A stretch of 64,000 nucleotides of DNA, taken from contig NC_083276.1 of the NCBI RefSeq assembly GCF_963506605.1, positions 23,436,001 to 23,500,000 on the forward strand, written 5' to 3'. Position 1 is the stretch's first letter; the number at the start of each line of letters is the position of its first letter. Origin of the DNA: Zootoca vivipara (lineage: Eukaryota). This document shows, piece by piece, positions 37,180-48,863 of the stretch. The position numbers and the translations under genes were made by a program. A model generated the notes under the pieces. It was not told the DNA's origin and did not search any database. It saw only the letters and a list, made by a program, of their open reading frames with translations.

Positions 37180-39589
37180 CTGCAGAGGAAAAAAGAAAGC
37201 AGATATCCCTCTCTGAAGTAGTAGATTATAGAGATGTAAATATAGCTATTGGTAAATTTAGGCTGGAGATCATTAGAAGCAAAGGATGCCCAATACATGC
37301 AGGTCCTGCCTGCTCACTTTGTAAAAATTATGCCCAAACCTCTCTATAAACCTTGCAAGGAATTGGATATCCAAACAGCTATATCAGACAAATCAGAGAG
37401 CAAGAGAGATCAGGCAAATCAGTTTTCCCTTTATCTCTTTGCTGGTTGGCTGCAGCCATTTTGGAAAGAAACTGGGGAGGGGAGGGGGGGAAAGAGAGAG
37501 AGTGGAGAAATCACAGATTAGAAATGTTCCCATGGGAATCAATGGGAATTGTGGAATTGTTATGTGAACATTTGCCTAACAAAGGAAACTCACTGTTTTT
37601 GGTCAGCGGGACCTGCATGTATTTTCAAAATGCAGCCATATAAAGCTATCAAGATTGAAATGACTAATTTGAACCTGATAAGCTGCTGGGGTTAGATATT
37701 CAACAAAGTTTTAGGGAATGAAATTAAATGAAGATGACTAAATTGGGCCTGTTAATTTCAATGGGTCTGAATACCACCCTCTGCTTCCATAATGGGCTGC
37801 AATCCTAACCCACTTTACCTGGGAGAAGTTCTCATTTAATTCAACAGGCCTTGTCAGACATGAGTAGAATTGTGCTATAAATGGGTTAGATTAATGAACT
37901 TCTTGAATGACTAAAGATGCACCAATTAATTGGGCAGCAGATTTTTTTTAGAAGTTCTTTAATAAAAGCACTAAACTGTTTTAAAACAAACAAACAAACA
38001 CCACACACACCCTAAAGATGGCAAGCTGTATTGTAAAAGAGGCATTCTGCTTTCTCCCTCAGGCAAGAGGGAACACCTATTCTGAGATGACGCCTATACT
38101 AAGACACACTCTCGTCACCTAAAAACAAGGAAGGTTCTTTTTATTTTATTTGCTTTCCCATTTGAATTATTTTTATGGCTTCAGAACATCCCCCCCCCCA
38201 TACACAAATGTGAATCAATTAATCAACTTGTGTATGATTAATTGGGCCAGATTTCTGTTATCAGGCATCTGCCTTCATTCTTAACCCTGCTTCGTAACAG
38301 ATTAGATCACAACTGGTGCCACTATGCTAAACCTTCTGCACTAGGAGTTAACAGATTAACCTACTGGCAAATGGGAATGCTTTAACTTCTTCACTTCTCC
38401 ACCAATTAGAAGCAGGTAACCTCAAGGCTGTTCCCTCCCCTGTTCCCACTCAGTCTCAGGTTGCCCACACATTGTTGCATGTGATTATATCTGGGGCCTT
38501 AATGCTTAAACAATCTTCTTTTATAAAGTCATTGGATCTCTCCCCCCCCACCCTTTAATAAACATGTTTAATAAAACAAGGCAAAACATTTCAAGTCACA
38601 GGAATGTAATTTAATTGCTCAGATGTCTAAACAGTAAGCAAACAGATGCAAACTAACGTCGGGAGACGCAGACACTTAATAGAAGTAATCAGCCATCAGT
38701 ATGCAAATCTGTTGATAGGTGCTGCTAAATTTCCTTCCATAAACAGAAATGGCATCTCTGAAGGAGTTGTTGCCTGATTGAAGGGTGCCGAGCATCGTGA
38801 ACACCTTGAATAGCTCTGGCACAGGCTCCTTTGCACCCACCGTAAATCATATAGAGGTTGGAAAGTTTCCAGCTACTTGGCATTCTGATCAGACCCCATG
38901 TTGATGCTTATAATACTACATTCCTGCAGTGCCTTCCAAAGAATACTAGAACGCCTTTCAGTATTGTGTCTTGCAGCTCATATGTATTCGGGAATGGCTT
39001 TGAAAGACAGAAAGGGAATGCAAACGGCCTCCCCGAAATCAGTGGCAAAGCTGGGATAGGGGAGACTTCTTAACACCATTTCCCTGGCAGGGGAAATAAT
39101 CAGTTAGTTTTTTCCATCTTGGGTTCCCAGATTCAGCTGGACTACAAACCCCATCATCCCTAGCCCAATGAGCATGGGATGATGGGAGTTGTAGTCCAAC
39201 GTCTGGGAACCCTAGGTTGGAGAAAGCTGCTTTATCCTGTGGTGGCATGCCTTTCTTTACGGTGAAGGAGTGGACACACCATCACATCTCCACCATGAAG
39301 CAGATGAAGCTGTTTGAGCTGGGTGATCCACACCAATGCCTAATTATGCTGTGATGCTCGTCATTCTCATTCCTCAAAGAAAGGGAGGTTTGTGAGCCTG
39401 TGTTAAAAGTACACAATTCTCGCATGCAACAAAGGGCTGCATGTTTACTCCCACTCCTTTCCCCTCACGTGTGCAGAGCTAAGATTCAAGTGTCTGAGTA
39501 TTCCCCCACCATCTCCCACGGCATCTTATAGGTGTTTTTCTCACTGTGTGTGATGCATCTTTGCTCCTAAAAAGCACGGGAGTGTTTTG

Positions 39590-39743
39590 CTACTTGCACT
39601 TTTACGTGCTTTCAAACTGCTAGGTTGGCAGGAGCAGGGACTGAGCAACGAGAGCTCACCCCATCGCGGGGATTCGAACCGCCGACCTTCTGATCGGCAA
39701 GCCCTAGGCTCTGTGGTTTAACCCACAGCTCCACCCGTGTCCC
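39590..39743 (-). mobile_element. Sauria SINE, 5' half
   Basis: Matches the head region of the 49875 copy. Confidence 0.8.
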
Positions 39744-40102
39744 ATAGCAGTGATAGACACTGTTTAAACCAATCAACCAGATAAAGAAGCCATGGCTTGC
39801 AGCATCATATGCTGATCTGGTTACAATTGGTTCTCTCCTGTCACTATGTGCCTCATTCAGGCATCAAAGGTGGAGGGCAGAAGAGGAGAAAAAGGAAAGA
39901 AGGAGCCCCTGGAACAAAGGAATAATTGCCCATGAGAGGCTTTTGCCGCTATTGGGCTGATGGGATTTGGAGTCCAACTGCAGCTGGCAGGCCACAGGCT
40001 CTTCTTCCCTGGCGTAAAGGGATCAGCTCAGAATGCGATCCCTCATTATTGATTCAGCTTTACCATTTACAATTCTGAACGTTCAGAATTTTTGCCATGC
40101 TG

Positions 40103-41334
40103 GGTTCCGGTTTCCGCCTGCAGGAATGGCGGACCTGTTTTCCATCTCTCTGACCTTCGTAAGGAATTTGGCGGTTGCTAGGGGAGTAAATGGCAACCCC
40201 CTACCCTCTCCGGGGGTTACGGAGAGGGGCCGCTGGCCCGCGATGCCCCCAGACCCACTCCGACTGTTTTTGGAGTGGGGGGAGCTTGGGCTGAGCACTT
40301 ACGAGGGCCAGGACTCCCGGACGCTAATCTGCATGGCGGGGATTTCCATGGTTAAAGAAGATAATTAGGCTTAAATCTATGGACATACTTCAGAAGGAGG
40401 GGAAGAAGCGCTGTTTACTGCTGAGAAATTTATGCTGCTGAGGGAGAGGAGTCAAAGATTGTACTGCATCTGGAAGAAGGATTGATGGGGACGGAGCGAT
40501 AAGGGAAGTGAGTTTTTATTTTTTCTTCATATATGTTGCCTCGTACCTTCCCGGACGCGATGTCCTGGCTTGTTTGGAGTGAAAGAGAAGCAAAAGACTG
40601 TGTGAGTTGAACTTTATAACTGTTGTTACTGAGCATATTTTTTAAAGATGTGGAGTTGCCGATGAGAAAAGCCCCCCCCTAGTCGGACGGAAGGAGTTCT
40701 GGACGCGTTCGGAGGATTTATGAGCTGTGACGCACTTTAAATTGAAGCAGCGACCTGAAGCTAAGTTCAGCTATAGGGCAAGGAGATCCATTAATTTACC
40801 AAGAGTTTATGGTTTGATGTTTGGGTCTCCTGCCTGGAAAAGCTGTAAATTCTATAAAGATCGTAAATCTTCATGGCTATGAGAGAAAACGAAAGTGATT
40901 TGAGCTTTTTAAGATGGCGCTGCTTCGAGCTGCTTCGACGCAACAGGGAGCTCCATTAAGAAGATTTATGGGGAGGCTGGACTGATTAACTCACACAGGA
41001 GAAAGAACATCTGTGAAACTTTGTTTGATATTTATCTCAGCAGCTGGGAAACAATCGGATGAAAGTGGAAAACATCTATGTGACTGTAAGGGGAAGATCT
41101 GGATTATTATGAACTTGGAGGACGATTTGAACTTTAGAAAAAAGACGGCAGTGGACGGTTGCGAGGAATTCCCAATTTCTTGAAGCATGGGAACCCAAAT
41201 AAAAAATTCTTTAGATGATTTGGCATAACATTCGGTTTGATTGATATATATATGTGTATAATTTGAAATATTGAATGTGATATAATTGGTTTTAATTGGA
41301 AAATTAATAAAAATATTTTTTTTAAAAAAAAAAA
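40103..41334 (+). mobile_element. Short non-autonomous L1/Tx1-like retroelement with intact ends
   Basis: 19-bp TSD CAGAATTTTTGCCATGCTG (40084-40102, 41335-41353); CpG-rich 5' end GGTTCCGG..AATGGCGG; AATAAA at 41306 and poly(A) tail. Confidence 0.85.
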
Positions 41335-41372
41335 CAGAATTTTTGCCATGCTGAAATGAAAACGGCACTTAC

Positions 41373-41426
41373 TCTGCTTGGATTCTTTTCATCGTTGGGG
41401 ACTGCACAGAAGACGGTGACGTCACC
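41373..41426 (-). CDS. SPATA7: SPATA7 exon 9
   Basis: cag|..|gtaagt; VTSPSSVQSPTMKRIQA(E); 54 bp, phase 2-2. Confidence 0.85.
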
Positions 41427-43358
41427 CTGAGCCACAAGCGGTGGGAGAGAGGACAGCAGAACTCAGACACTGAAGGCAACACACTAACACAAAGCCGTCA
41501 TGCATTTATGCTCATATATACCTCAATGAATAGACTGAATGTGGAGGGGGAGGCTCCTATTGCCAGAGGGTGGGCTGAATACCATGTGCTTAGTCTACAT
41601 GTGGAGAGGAACACGTGTAAAGGGTTTCTGTCTAGCTGTTACTGCTTCACTAAATAATCTTGGGGAATTTATGGCTTGGGGAGGGTGCAGAGAATTTTGT
41701 TAGTGATTCCCAGCCCTCCTAACGTAACTACATTTCCTAGGATTACTTTTGAAGAAGGGTATCACTATTAACCTGGTTTCAATATGTTAACATACACTAG
41801 TGGGGAAATTAAGGTTAAGCAATATTCTAGAAACTGGCTTCATTCCATTCATCAAATTCTGGCAACTCTTTATGAAATGACCTTCACATAAAACCATCTT
41901 TTAAGGAAGATGCCCAGGGATCTCTTATAAGGCAAGGAATGCCACTTCTGATGGGCCTCAAGTACGTGACCCGCATGCCATTTAGACTGAAATTTTTTTA
42001 GCATGAGGAATTTATCCAATGAATGGCCCTGTTGGTGTGTTCTACATACTAATGCCTTCGTGATCACAACAAAAGGTAGTTTGAAAAATCACTTCTGACA
42101 ATGCTGCTTTTCAGCTCAAGAAAAGTACATTGGCTTTTATGAGCTTCTGAATTTACAATATCTCGTTTCCTAAAGGGAAATGGTCCTTAAGTAGGTCTTT
42201 GATTCAGTGATTTTACAGCATGCCTATCATAGAGCTCTCATGTTGCCGAATATGCCACCCACTAAATCTATTTTATTTCAGTGCTTTTGTCGTCGGTGCA
42301 GACAGAGAGTGCACAGAATGCACAAATATATGCTGCACCTTTTTATTTGGGGGGGGGGCTCTGTGGCTCAGCACAGGTGAGTCATCAAGAATATGAGTAG
42401 GCTTGAGTTTGGCTGTAAACTCAAGAGGTTTATCAGGAAAATCAAAACAAAACACAATTGAGCTGAATCTAACAAAGCCGTCTTCCATTTGTGGAAAAGA
42501 ACTTCCCTTCTCCCCAAAATCAGTCATGGAGGCTCCTCCAACCTTCAGGAGTAGATTTGGGGGAATGTGTGTGTATGTGTGTGTGTGTAGGGGGGGGGGA
42601 ATTATGCTTGCATTAGCAGGGCAGCTTTATTGATTGGGTTGTATTCAACTAACTTATGTCCATCAATTCCAAAGGGTCTACACTTGAGTAGAACTTAGCT
42701 GGATACAGCCCAATGTGTGGTATCCAACTAAACTGTCACATCAGCGCACAAATTTGTCTTTCTCTTCTCCCCTACCACGTGTGCCCTGCACCCTCAACAC
42801 ATCTGCTTTGGAGAATTGGGGGAACCCCTACAAAAGATTTTTTTGGGGGGGGAGCTGCATTGCACAAGTGTGAATCCTTGTGCAGCTCAGTTTTGTGGGG
42901 TGTATGTTTGTGTGTCAGGGGAGGGGCAGGGCAAAAAGGTATCTCAGCTATGGTAAAAGCCAGTGAGAAGAACTGCGACTCTGCGACTTTCTTTGAAGAA
43001 GGAATTTGGAGTTTTTAAAAGGTATATCTGATGTCACAGCCATATTGGTGCTGGAGTATAAGAACAGGACAAAATTTACCTCAAAGCACTCAAGAGGCAG
43101 AGGTGTACATGGGCTGGCTAATCTGGCAGGGCAGATGTTTCCTCACTAGGCCCTTAACATCGACTCTGTCTGGTGATACGAGAATCAGATCCTGAGAGGG
43201 GCTGTTAGTCTAACAGCCACATGACACAGCAACTTCACATGCTCAGTTTTTAATATGACTTAATGAAGATTATTTGACACACAAGTCCCATTTAAATTTC
43301 TTCACATGTATTCATATTCATAGCCCTTCCACTCCTACTCCCTAACCTGGCCTTGTTT

Positions 43359-43567
43359 CAGTAGCACTTTAAAGACCAACTAAGTTTATATTTTGGTATG
43401 AGCTTTCGTGTGCATGCACACTTCTTCAGATACCTGAAGAATCTGAAGAAGTGTGCATGCACACGAAAGCTCATACCAAAATATAAACTTAGTTGGTCTT
43501 TAAGGTGCTACTGAAGGAATTTTTTTATTTTGCTTCGACTCAGACCAACACGGCTACCTACCTGTAA
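43359..43567. mobile_element. Penelope-like element remnant (inverted pseudo-LTR pair)
   Basis: 75-bp inverted arms 43357-43431 / 43441-43515 with 1 mismatch; 12-bp direct repeat CTGGCCTTGTTT at 43347-43358 and 43568-43579; hammerhead motif typical of Penelope pLTRs. Confidence 0.85.
43395..43434 (-). ncRNA. Minimal type I hammerhead ribozyme
   Basis: Minus strand GGUAU-CUGAAGA-A-GUGUG(CAUG)CACAC-GAAA-GCUC/AUACC: stem I GGUAU:AUACC, intact core, palindromic AGCU helix III. Confidence 0.8.
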
Positions 43568-44020
43568 CTGGCCTTGTTTGTTATTATACTTTTTATTAAG
43601 CATGAATGCCTCAAGTATTTTGGCCTCACCCAAATGAACCTGAACCTCTTTTCCGTCTTTTGTTACCAACAACTCGCCCCAAAATATTTCCTGGTGTACC
43701 ACCCTGGGTCAGAGTTACTTCCAGTAACCATTTTGTTTTATCGCATTCTCGCCCTTTATTGGTAGAGGGATGCTCTTGCTGCTAACAAAATTGCCCCCTC
43801 CTTTCAAACACGCTTTCCCTCTTACTAGTTTTGCTGCTGAAATTTTGTTTGAAGGAATATGCAAATATGTCTGCTTAGAAAGCATATATAATAGCCTTAA
43901 TCTCAAAAAAGGCGCCTTTTCTGGATTTCACAGACATGGTAATGAGCCCAGCATCAGCAGAACGGCAAACAAGCCAAGTTGAGTATGAATATTGCCACCA
44001 CCACCCCAAACGCCATGTAC

Positions 44021-44085
44021 CTTGATGAGGAGAACTGGGGGAAAGACTTCATTTCATCAGCCTTATTATCTGCATTGTCTTCCAC
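44021..44085 (-). CDS. SPATA7: SPATA7 exon 8 (short)
   Basis: tag|..|gtacat; VEDNADNKADEMKSFPQFSSS(R); phase 0-2 bridges its neighbours. Confidence 0.75.
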
Positions 44086-44252
44086 CTACAACCCAGAGAA
44101 AGCATCTCTGTTATTGGTGCAAAAGAAATGAAAAGCGAGAGGGAGGAACTGTAGTCTGTTAACATGTGGAACCGAACCTGCCCCCCCTCAACATGCATAT
44201 GCTCTGCCACCATACCAGGAACAACGCAATGCGCCTGGACTTTTCAGGTATG

Positions 44253-44420
44253 GGAAAGGGCCATACCTCAGCGGTAGGACATTTGCAAGCAGAAGCTTCA
44301 GGTTCAATCTCTGGCATTTCCAGGAAGGGCTAGGTAGGGACTCCCGTCTGAAACCACGGAGAGCCGCTGCCAGACAGTGTACACAATAGTGAGCTGAATA
44401 ACCCAGACAGCTTATTATGA
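44253..44420 (+). mobile_element. Squam3-type tRNA SINE (other copies ~61110-61270 +, ~21200-22110 - split, ~63225-63895 - split by LTR)
   Basis: CTCAGCGGTAG..CAGGTTCAATC head; TGAAACC..GAGAGCCGCTGCCAG body. Confidence 0.7.
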
Positions 44421-44425
44421 GAACA

Positions 44426-45630
44426 CTAGTGGAATTCAGCCTGTTAAAAATAAACGGGCGCTAGAACAGATTTTATTGATTTTTAGTGTGCAAAGCAGAG
44501 AGGCTGGGACCCAAGAGCAGCGCATGGGGTGGAGGGAAGGAAGTCAGGTGGGCCGCCGCTGCCGCCGGAGCTTCAGGGTTGCGAGGGGGGGGTAACTTCG
44601 TTGCTCCAGCAGGCGGAGCAGAACCGGCCAAACGGTTAACTAAGGTCTGATGTTGCTGAGTCACAGAGCATAATTCATCAACCCAGATCTCTTTACCTGT
44701 CAAGACTTATCATATAAACATTAATACCTTCCAGAAGATAATCAAAGAACTGCTGAAATTCATCTGAAGCCCCACTGTCATCGAGTAACTGGGTGGGTGG
44801 GACTGATGCTACAGGGGCAAATGCCCCTTTGTCTGGGATCTGAGGGGTAGTTCCCCCACCTGCAGGAATGATGGGAACGGGTGTGCAGCCCCGCCGAAGC
44901 GGCGTCCGTGGGAGGGGCCAGCCGGCCCCCCCACGCGCCGCCGCCACAGAAAGAGGCCGAATTGCGGCCTTCTTCTGGGCGCCCGCTGCCCAGCTGGGCT
45001 CAGCTGAGCGCCCCAACGAAGCAGCAGCTGTGGGAGGGGCCAGCCGCCCCCCCCACGCGCCGCCGCCACAGAAAGAGGCTGAATTGCTGCCTTCTTCTGG
45101 GCGCCCGCTGCCCAGCTGGGCTCAGCGGAGCGCCCCAACGAAGCGGCGGCTGTGGGAGGGGCTAGCGGCCCCCCCACGCGCCGCCGTCACAGAAAGAGGC
45201 CGAATTGCGGCCTTCTTCTGGGCGCCCGCTGCCCAGCTGGGCTCAGCTGAGCGCCCCAACGAAGCAGCGGCTGTGGGAGGGGCTAGCCGCCCCCCGTGCC
45301 GCCGCCACAGAAAGAGGCCGAATTGCAGCCTTCTTCTGGGCGCCCGCTGCCCAGCTGGGCTCAGCTGAGCGCCCCAACGAAACGGCGGCTGTGGGAGGGG
45401 CCAGCCGCCGCCCCCACGCGCCACCACAACAGAAAGAGGTCGAATCACGGCATTTTCTTAGGCGCCCGCTGCCCAGCTGGGCTCAGCGGAGCGCCCCAAC
45501 AAAGCGGAGTAAACGGTAGGCAGAGGTGGGGGGGGGGAGAGAGCGCGCACGTGTGCGTCCTGTCTCTCCGTCCAATCCCTATGTCCCTGGGGTACATGCA
45601 CAGTAACCCAGGGACACACGGGACATACAG
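44426..45630 (-). mobile_element. Non-autonomous Helitron (5' end approximate)
   Basis: On minus: GCCCGTT..AACAGGC hairpin (44439-44459) about 9 nt before terminal CTAG|T (44426-44429); no TSD seen; internal minisatellite. Confidence 0.7.
44888..45510. repeat. GC/CpG-rich minisatellite, ~120-bp unit x ~5
   Basis: ACAGAAAGAGG recurs at about 44946, 45067, 45189, 45307 and 45429; internal palindromes GCCCAGCTGGGC and GCTCAGCTGAGC. Confidence 0.95.
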
Positions 45631-45726
45631 TTGTGCAGCAACCTATTTCTCTTCAACCCCCTAGGACCACAAGCTACTCTCACAAAATATGATGGCCATC
45701 TGCAAATATCTCAAGGGCTGTCACAT

Positions 45727-45728
45727 TA

Positions 45729-45777
<49 letters not shown>

Positions 45778-46140
45778 TTGTTTATTTATGCCCCGCCCAT
45801 CTGGCTAGGTTTCCCCAGCCACTCTGGGTGGCTCCTAGCAGAATATTAAAAACACAATCAAACATTAGAAACTTCCCTAAACTGGGCTGCCTTCAGATGT
45901 CTTCTAAAAGTCAGGTAGTTGTTTATTTCCTTGACATCTGCTGTGAGGGCATTCCACAGGGCAGGCGCCACTACCGAGAAGGCCCTCTGCAATGAGGGAA
46001 CTGCCAGAAGGCCCTCGGCGCTGGACCTCAGTGTCCGGGCTGAATGATGGAGGTGGAGACGCTCCTTCAGGTATACTGGGCCGAGCCTGTTTAGGGCTTT
46101 AAAGGTCAGCACCAACACTTTGAACTGTGCTTGTAAACAG
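45727..46140 (-). mobile_element. L2 LINE 3' fragment inserted in a CR1 fragment (45686-46340, +)
   Basis: ORF 45858-46160; (TAA)n at 45731-45777; CR1 text GGGCTGTCACAT|GGAAGATGGAGCAAGC is split by it. Confidence 0.85.
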
Positions 46141-46454
46141 CTCCATGGAAGATGGAGCAAGCTTGTTTTCTCCTGCTCCAGAGGGTAGGACCTGAACCAA
46201 TAGATTCAAGTTATATGAAAGCAGATTCTGATTAAACATCAGGCAGTAAGAGCTGTTTGGCAGTGGGACAGACTTTCTGAGAAGGTGGTGAGCTCTCTTT
46301 CTCTTTTAAAGCAGAGGCTGGATGGCCACCTGTTATGGATGCTTAACACCAAGGGTCTATATAGTGATCCATTTCAATGTTATTACCGCTTGGAAGGTTA
46401 AGATGTAAAATGGCTTGTTGACTGAAATACATTTAAATATATCACTTGAATTAC

Positions 46455-46521
46455 CTCCTTTATGATCTTCTGAAAGTCAGCCACATTACTTTTTTCTGAC
46501 CCTTCAGACGCCACTTGAAAA
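46455..46521 (-). CDS. SPATA7: SPATA7 exon 7
   Basis: cag|..|gtaatt; (S)FQVASEGSEKSNVADFQKIIKE; 67 bp, phase 2-0. Confidence 0.85.
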
Positions 46522-48387
46522 CTGCAAAATGTAATATGATATATTAGGCAGATCTTGAAGTTACCTCTAAACAGCACACTGTTTTCTTCTTCTTTTGTAT
46601 GTCAGAACATCCAACTTCCAAAAAGCAAACAAACAAATAACCCCTAATGGAAATTGTAATGCTTTTAGATACACCTGGGACAAACTCAGCCATGCTCTTG
46701 CCTGTGTGATGAAGACACTGATGGGTGAAAAGTGCAAATCCATCTGCTTAGTTATCACTGCATTTTAGTATTGAAGGCAATTGCAACATGGATGAGGAAG
46801 CCAGATGATATTAATAGCTACCGTTGCTCAGCTTGGGCACGTCCTCAGTCCTATGAATAACAAGCTACACAATAGATATTCATGGTCCTGACAGCATTCA
46901 GCAACCCCTCAGAATGGGAAGATCTGACAATATTAGATTGGGAGAATGTGTGCTTTGGCAAAGAGGGTGTCCGCCATGTATCACACATATTTCTCAATAA
47001 TTGGATATATTTCCTACGACACTGTTGCTGCTTATCTTCCATTATTTTTTTTTTGGGGGGGGGGAATTAGAATTAAAGAATTAAAATTACATGGAGGATA
47101 TGCAGCAGCAGGGCTTAGTGAATTTATTATTGATTGAAACAACTCCATGAATGTATATAGCACTTCACCGCATAAGAAAACGCATGCACACAAAATAATT
47201 TGATCATTGTCCAATACACTTATCGTGCACACAATGCCAAATGTAAGAAAGGGATTGAGGATCGAAACTTTGTTTTTTTAAAACTTTGCTTATATCAGTG
47301 TAAACCCAAGGAAATTGTTGTGGTTTCAATCAATGACACTAAGATTGTATACCAATGTAAGTCGCGGTGGTTCTCAAGTTAGGATGTTGGCCTTGAATCT
47401 TCAGAGACTTGGGTTCAACTATTAAGTCAAAAAGTGACCTTGGGCAGGTCACAGTATCCTAGTTTTAGTCTAACCAACTTATCTGTTGACATGATCAGAC
47501 ACTGCATATGGCAACCTGTCTTTTCTCATTTTAACTCTGGAACAGAGGTCACCATTTGCTAATGTAACAACAACAACAATTTATACCCAGCCACTCTGAG
47601 CAGCTTCCAACACATATAAAAGCATAATAAAACATCAAACATTAAAAACTTCCCGATACAGGGCTGCCTTCAGATGTCTTCTAAAACTTGTGTAGTTCAT
47701 ATATCACAATGTGAATACATTTCAATATTCAGAGCTTTAGAACATTGTTTATGTAATTACGTATTAATATTGAATTCCATGGCTTAGAGCCAGACTAACT
47801 TCCTGTTTGCTTCTGAGCCCAATTCATAGCTTAACACTGAATCCCTAAATGGGTTGGAACACGAGTATTTGAAGGAGCACCTCTCTTGGCATCAGCTTGC
47901 CTTTTGTTTAAGCATCAGTGGATGAAAAGTGGGCCGAAAATAAATTTCAATAAATACTGTACATTAAATCAGTTAGTTGAATTCAGGACCTCTTGAAATT
48001 AATGGGACAAAATTAGTTATGATTAAGGCCAGTGTCCACTGCACTCATTCTGTTAGTGCAAGGATTCCCACTTGTGCAATGGAAATCCCCCCTCCAGTCT
48101 CTCTGCATGCCCGGCACCCTCCTCAAATCTGCTCTAGAGGGTTGGGGGAACCCTGTAGGGTGTGGAGGTGTTTGCAGACAGAGGAAAGGGAGGGGAAAGT
48201 TTGCATCCGGTACACTGGGTGCAAATATTAAGTCGTGGGTTGCAGGGAAGCATGCAGGTCCACTGCCCCACGACATGTATAGGTTTCCATAGCTGAGATT
48301 AGACATGAATCGGTAGCTAGATGCAGCGTTCATTATAAGAAAGTTTGCAGCATGACTGAGCACAGGCTGCTTATAAAGGTTTTTCAC

Positions 48388-48863
48388 CTGCTTATGTCGG
48401 TCTGTGTTTCTGCTTCCACCTGCTTGGTGAGATTGCTTATTTTCTGTCTTGGTGGCTTATAATATCGGTACTGCGAAAGGAAGGACTTAGCATCCGATTT
48501 CAAAGTGCGTGGAGTGAATGGCTGCCGACCATTGGTGAAATGTTCAGAGTGCTTATCAAGGAGATCCCCGCTGCACACTTTGGGTTCAGGGTTCGGAGCC
48601 TTTTGAGGATGCCTGTTTGCAATGCTGTCTGAAGAAGAGCTGGATGAAATTTTGGAGTGCAACCTCTGGAGACTCGATGCACTGACACATGAGCTTGGGT
48701 CAGAGATGTTGGAGGCTTTCGGAGCATCTTTCCTGGCAGGATTTGCAGCATTCGGAAGGGCTATGTTTTGCCTCTCTGGAGTTGCCTGAGGGCCCAACAC
48801 ACACCTTTGTTCACTAGGTGTACACGAGGGTAGCCCAACGTTGTCTTCTGCTTCCAAGGTATC
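48388..48863 (-). CDS. SPATA7: SPATA7 exon 6
   Basis: ORF 48384-48857; [39 protein letters not shown]; tag|..|gtgaaa. Confidence 0.95.

Noticed and set aside
43438-43477. Second hammerhead on the + strand
   Set aside because: Core is present but stem I is reduced to 2 bp, so it is not called as a functional ribozyme
44888-45510. Possible CRISPR-like array
   Set aside because: Units are contiguous with no unique spacers, the context is eukaryotic, and there are no cas genes
44693-45664. Cluster of overlapping 90-170 aa Ala/Gly/Pro/Arg-rich ORFs
   Set aside because: Artefact of a stop-poor GC-rich tandem repeat
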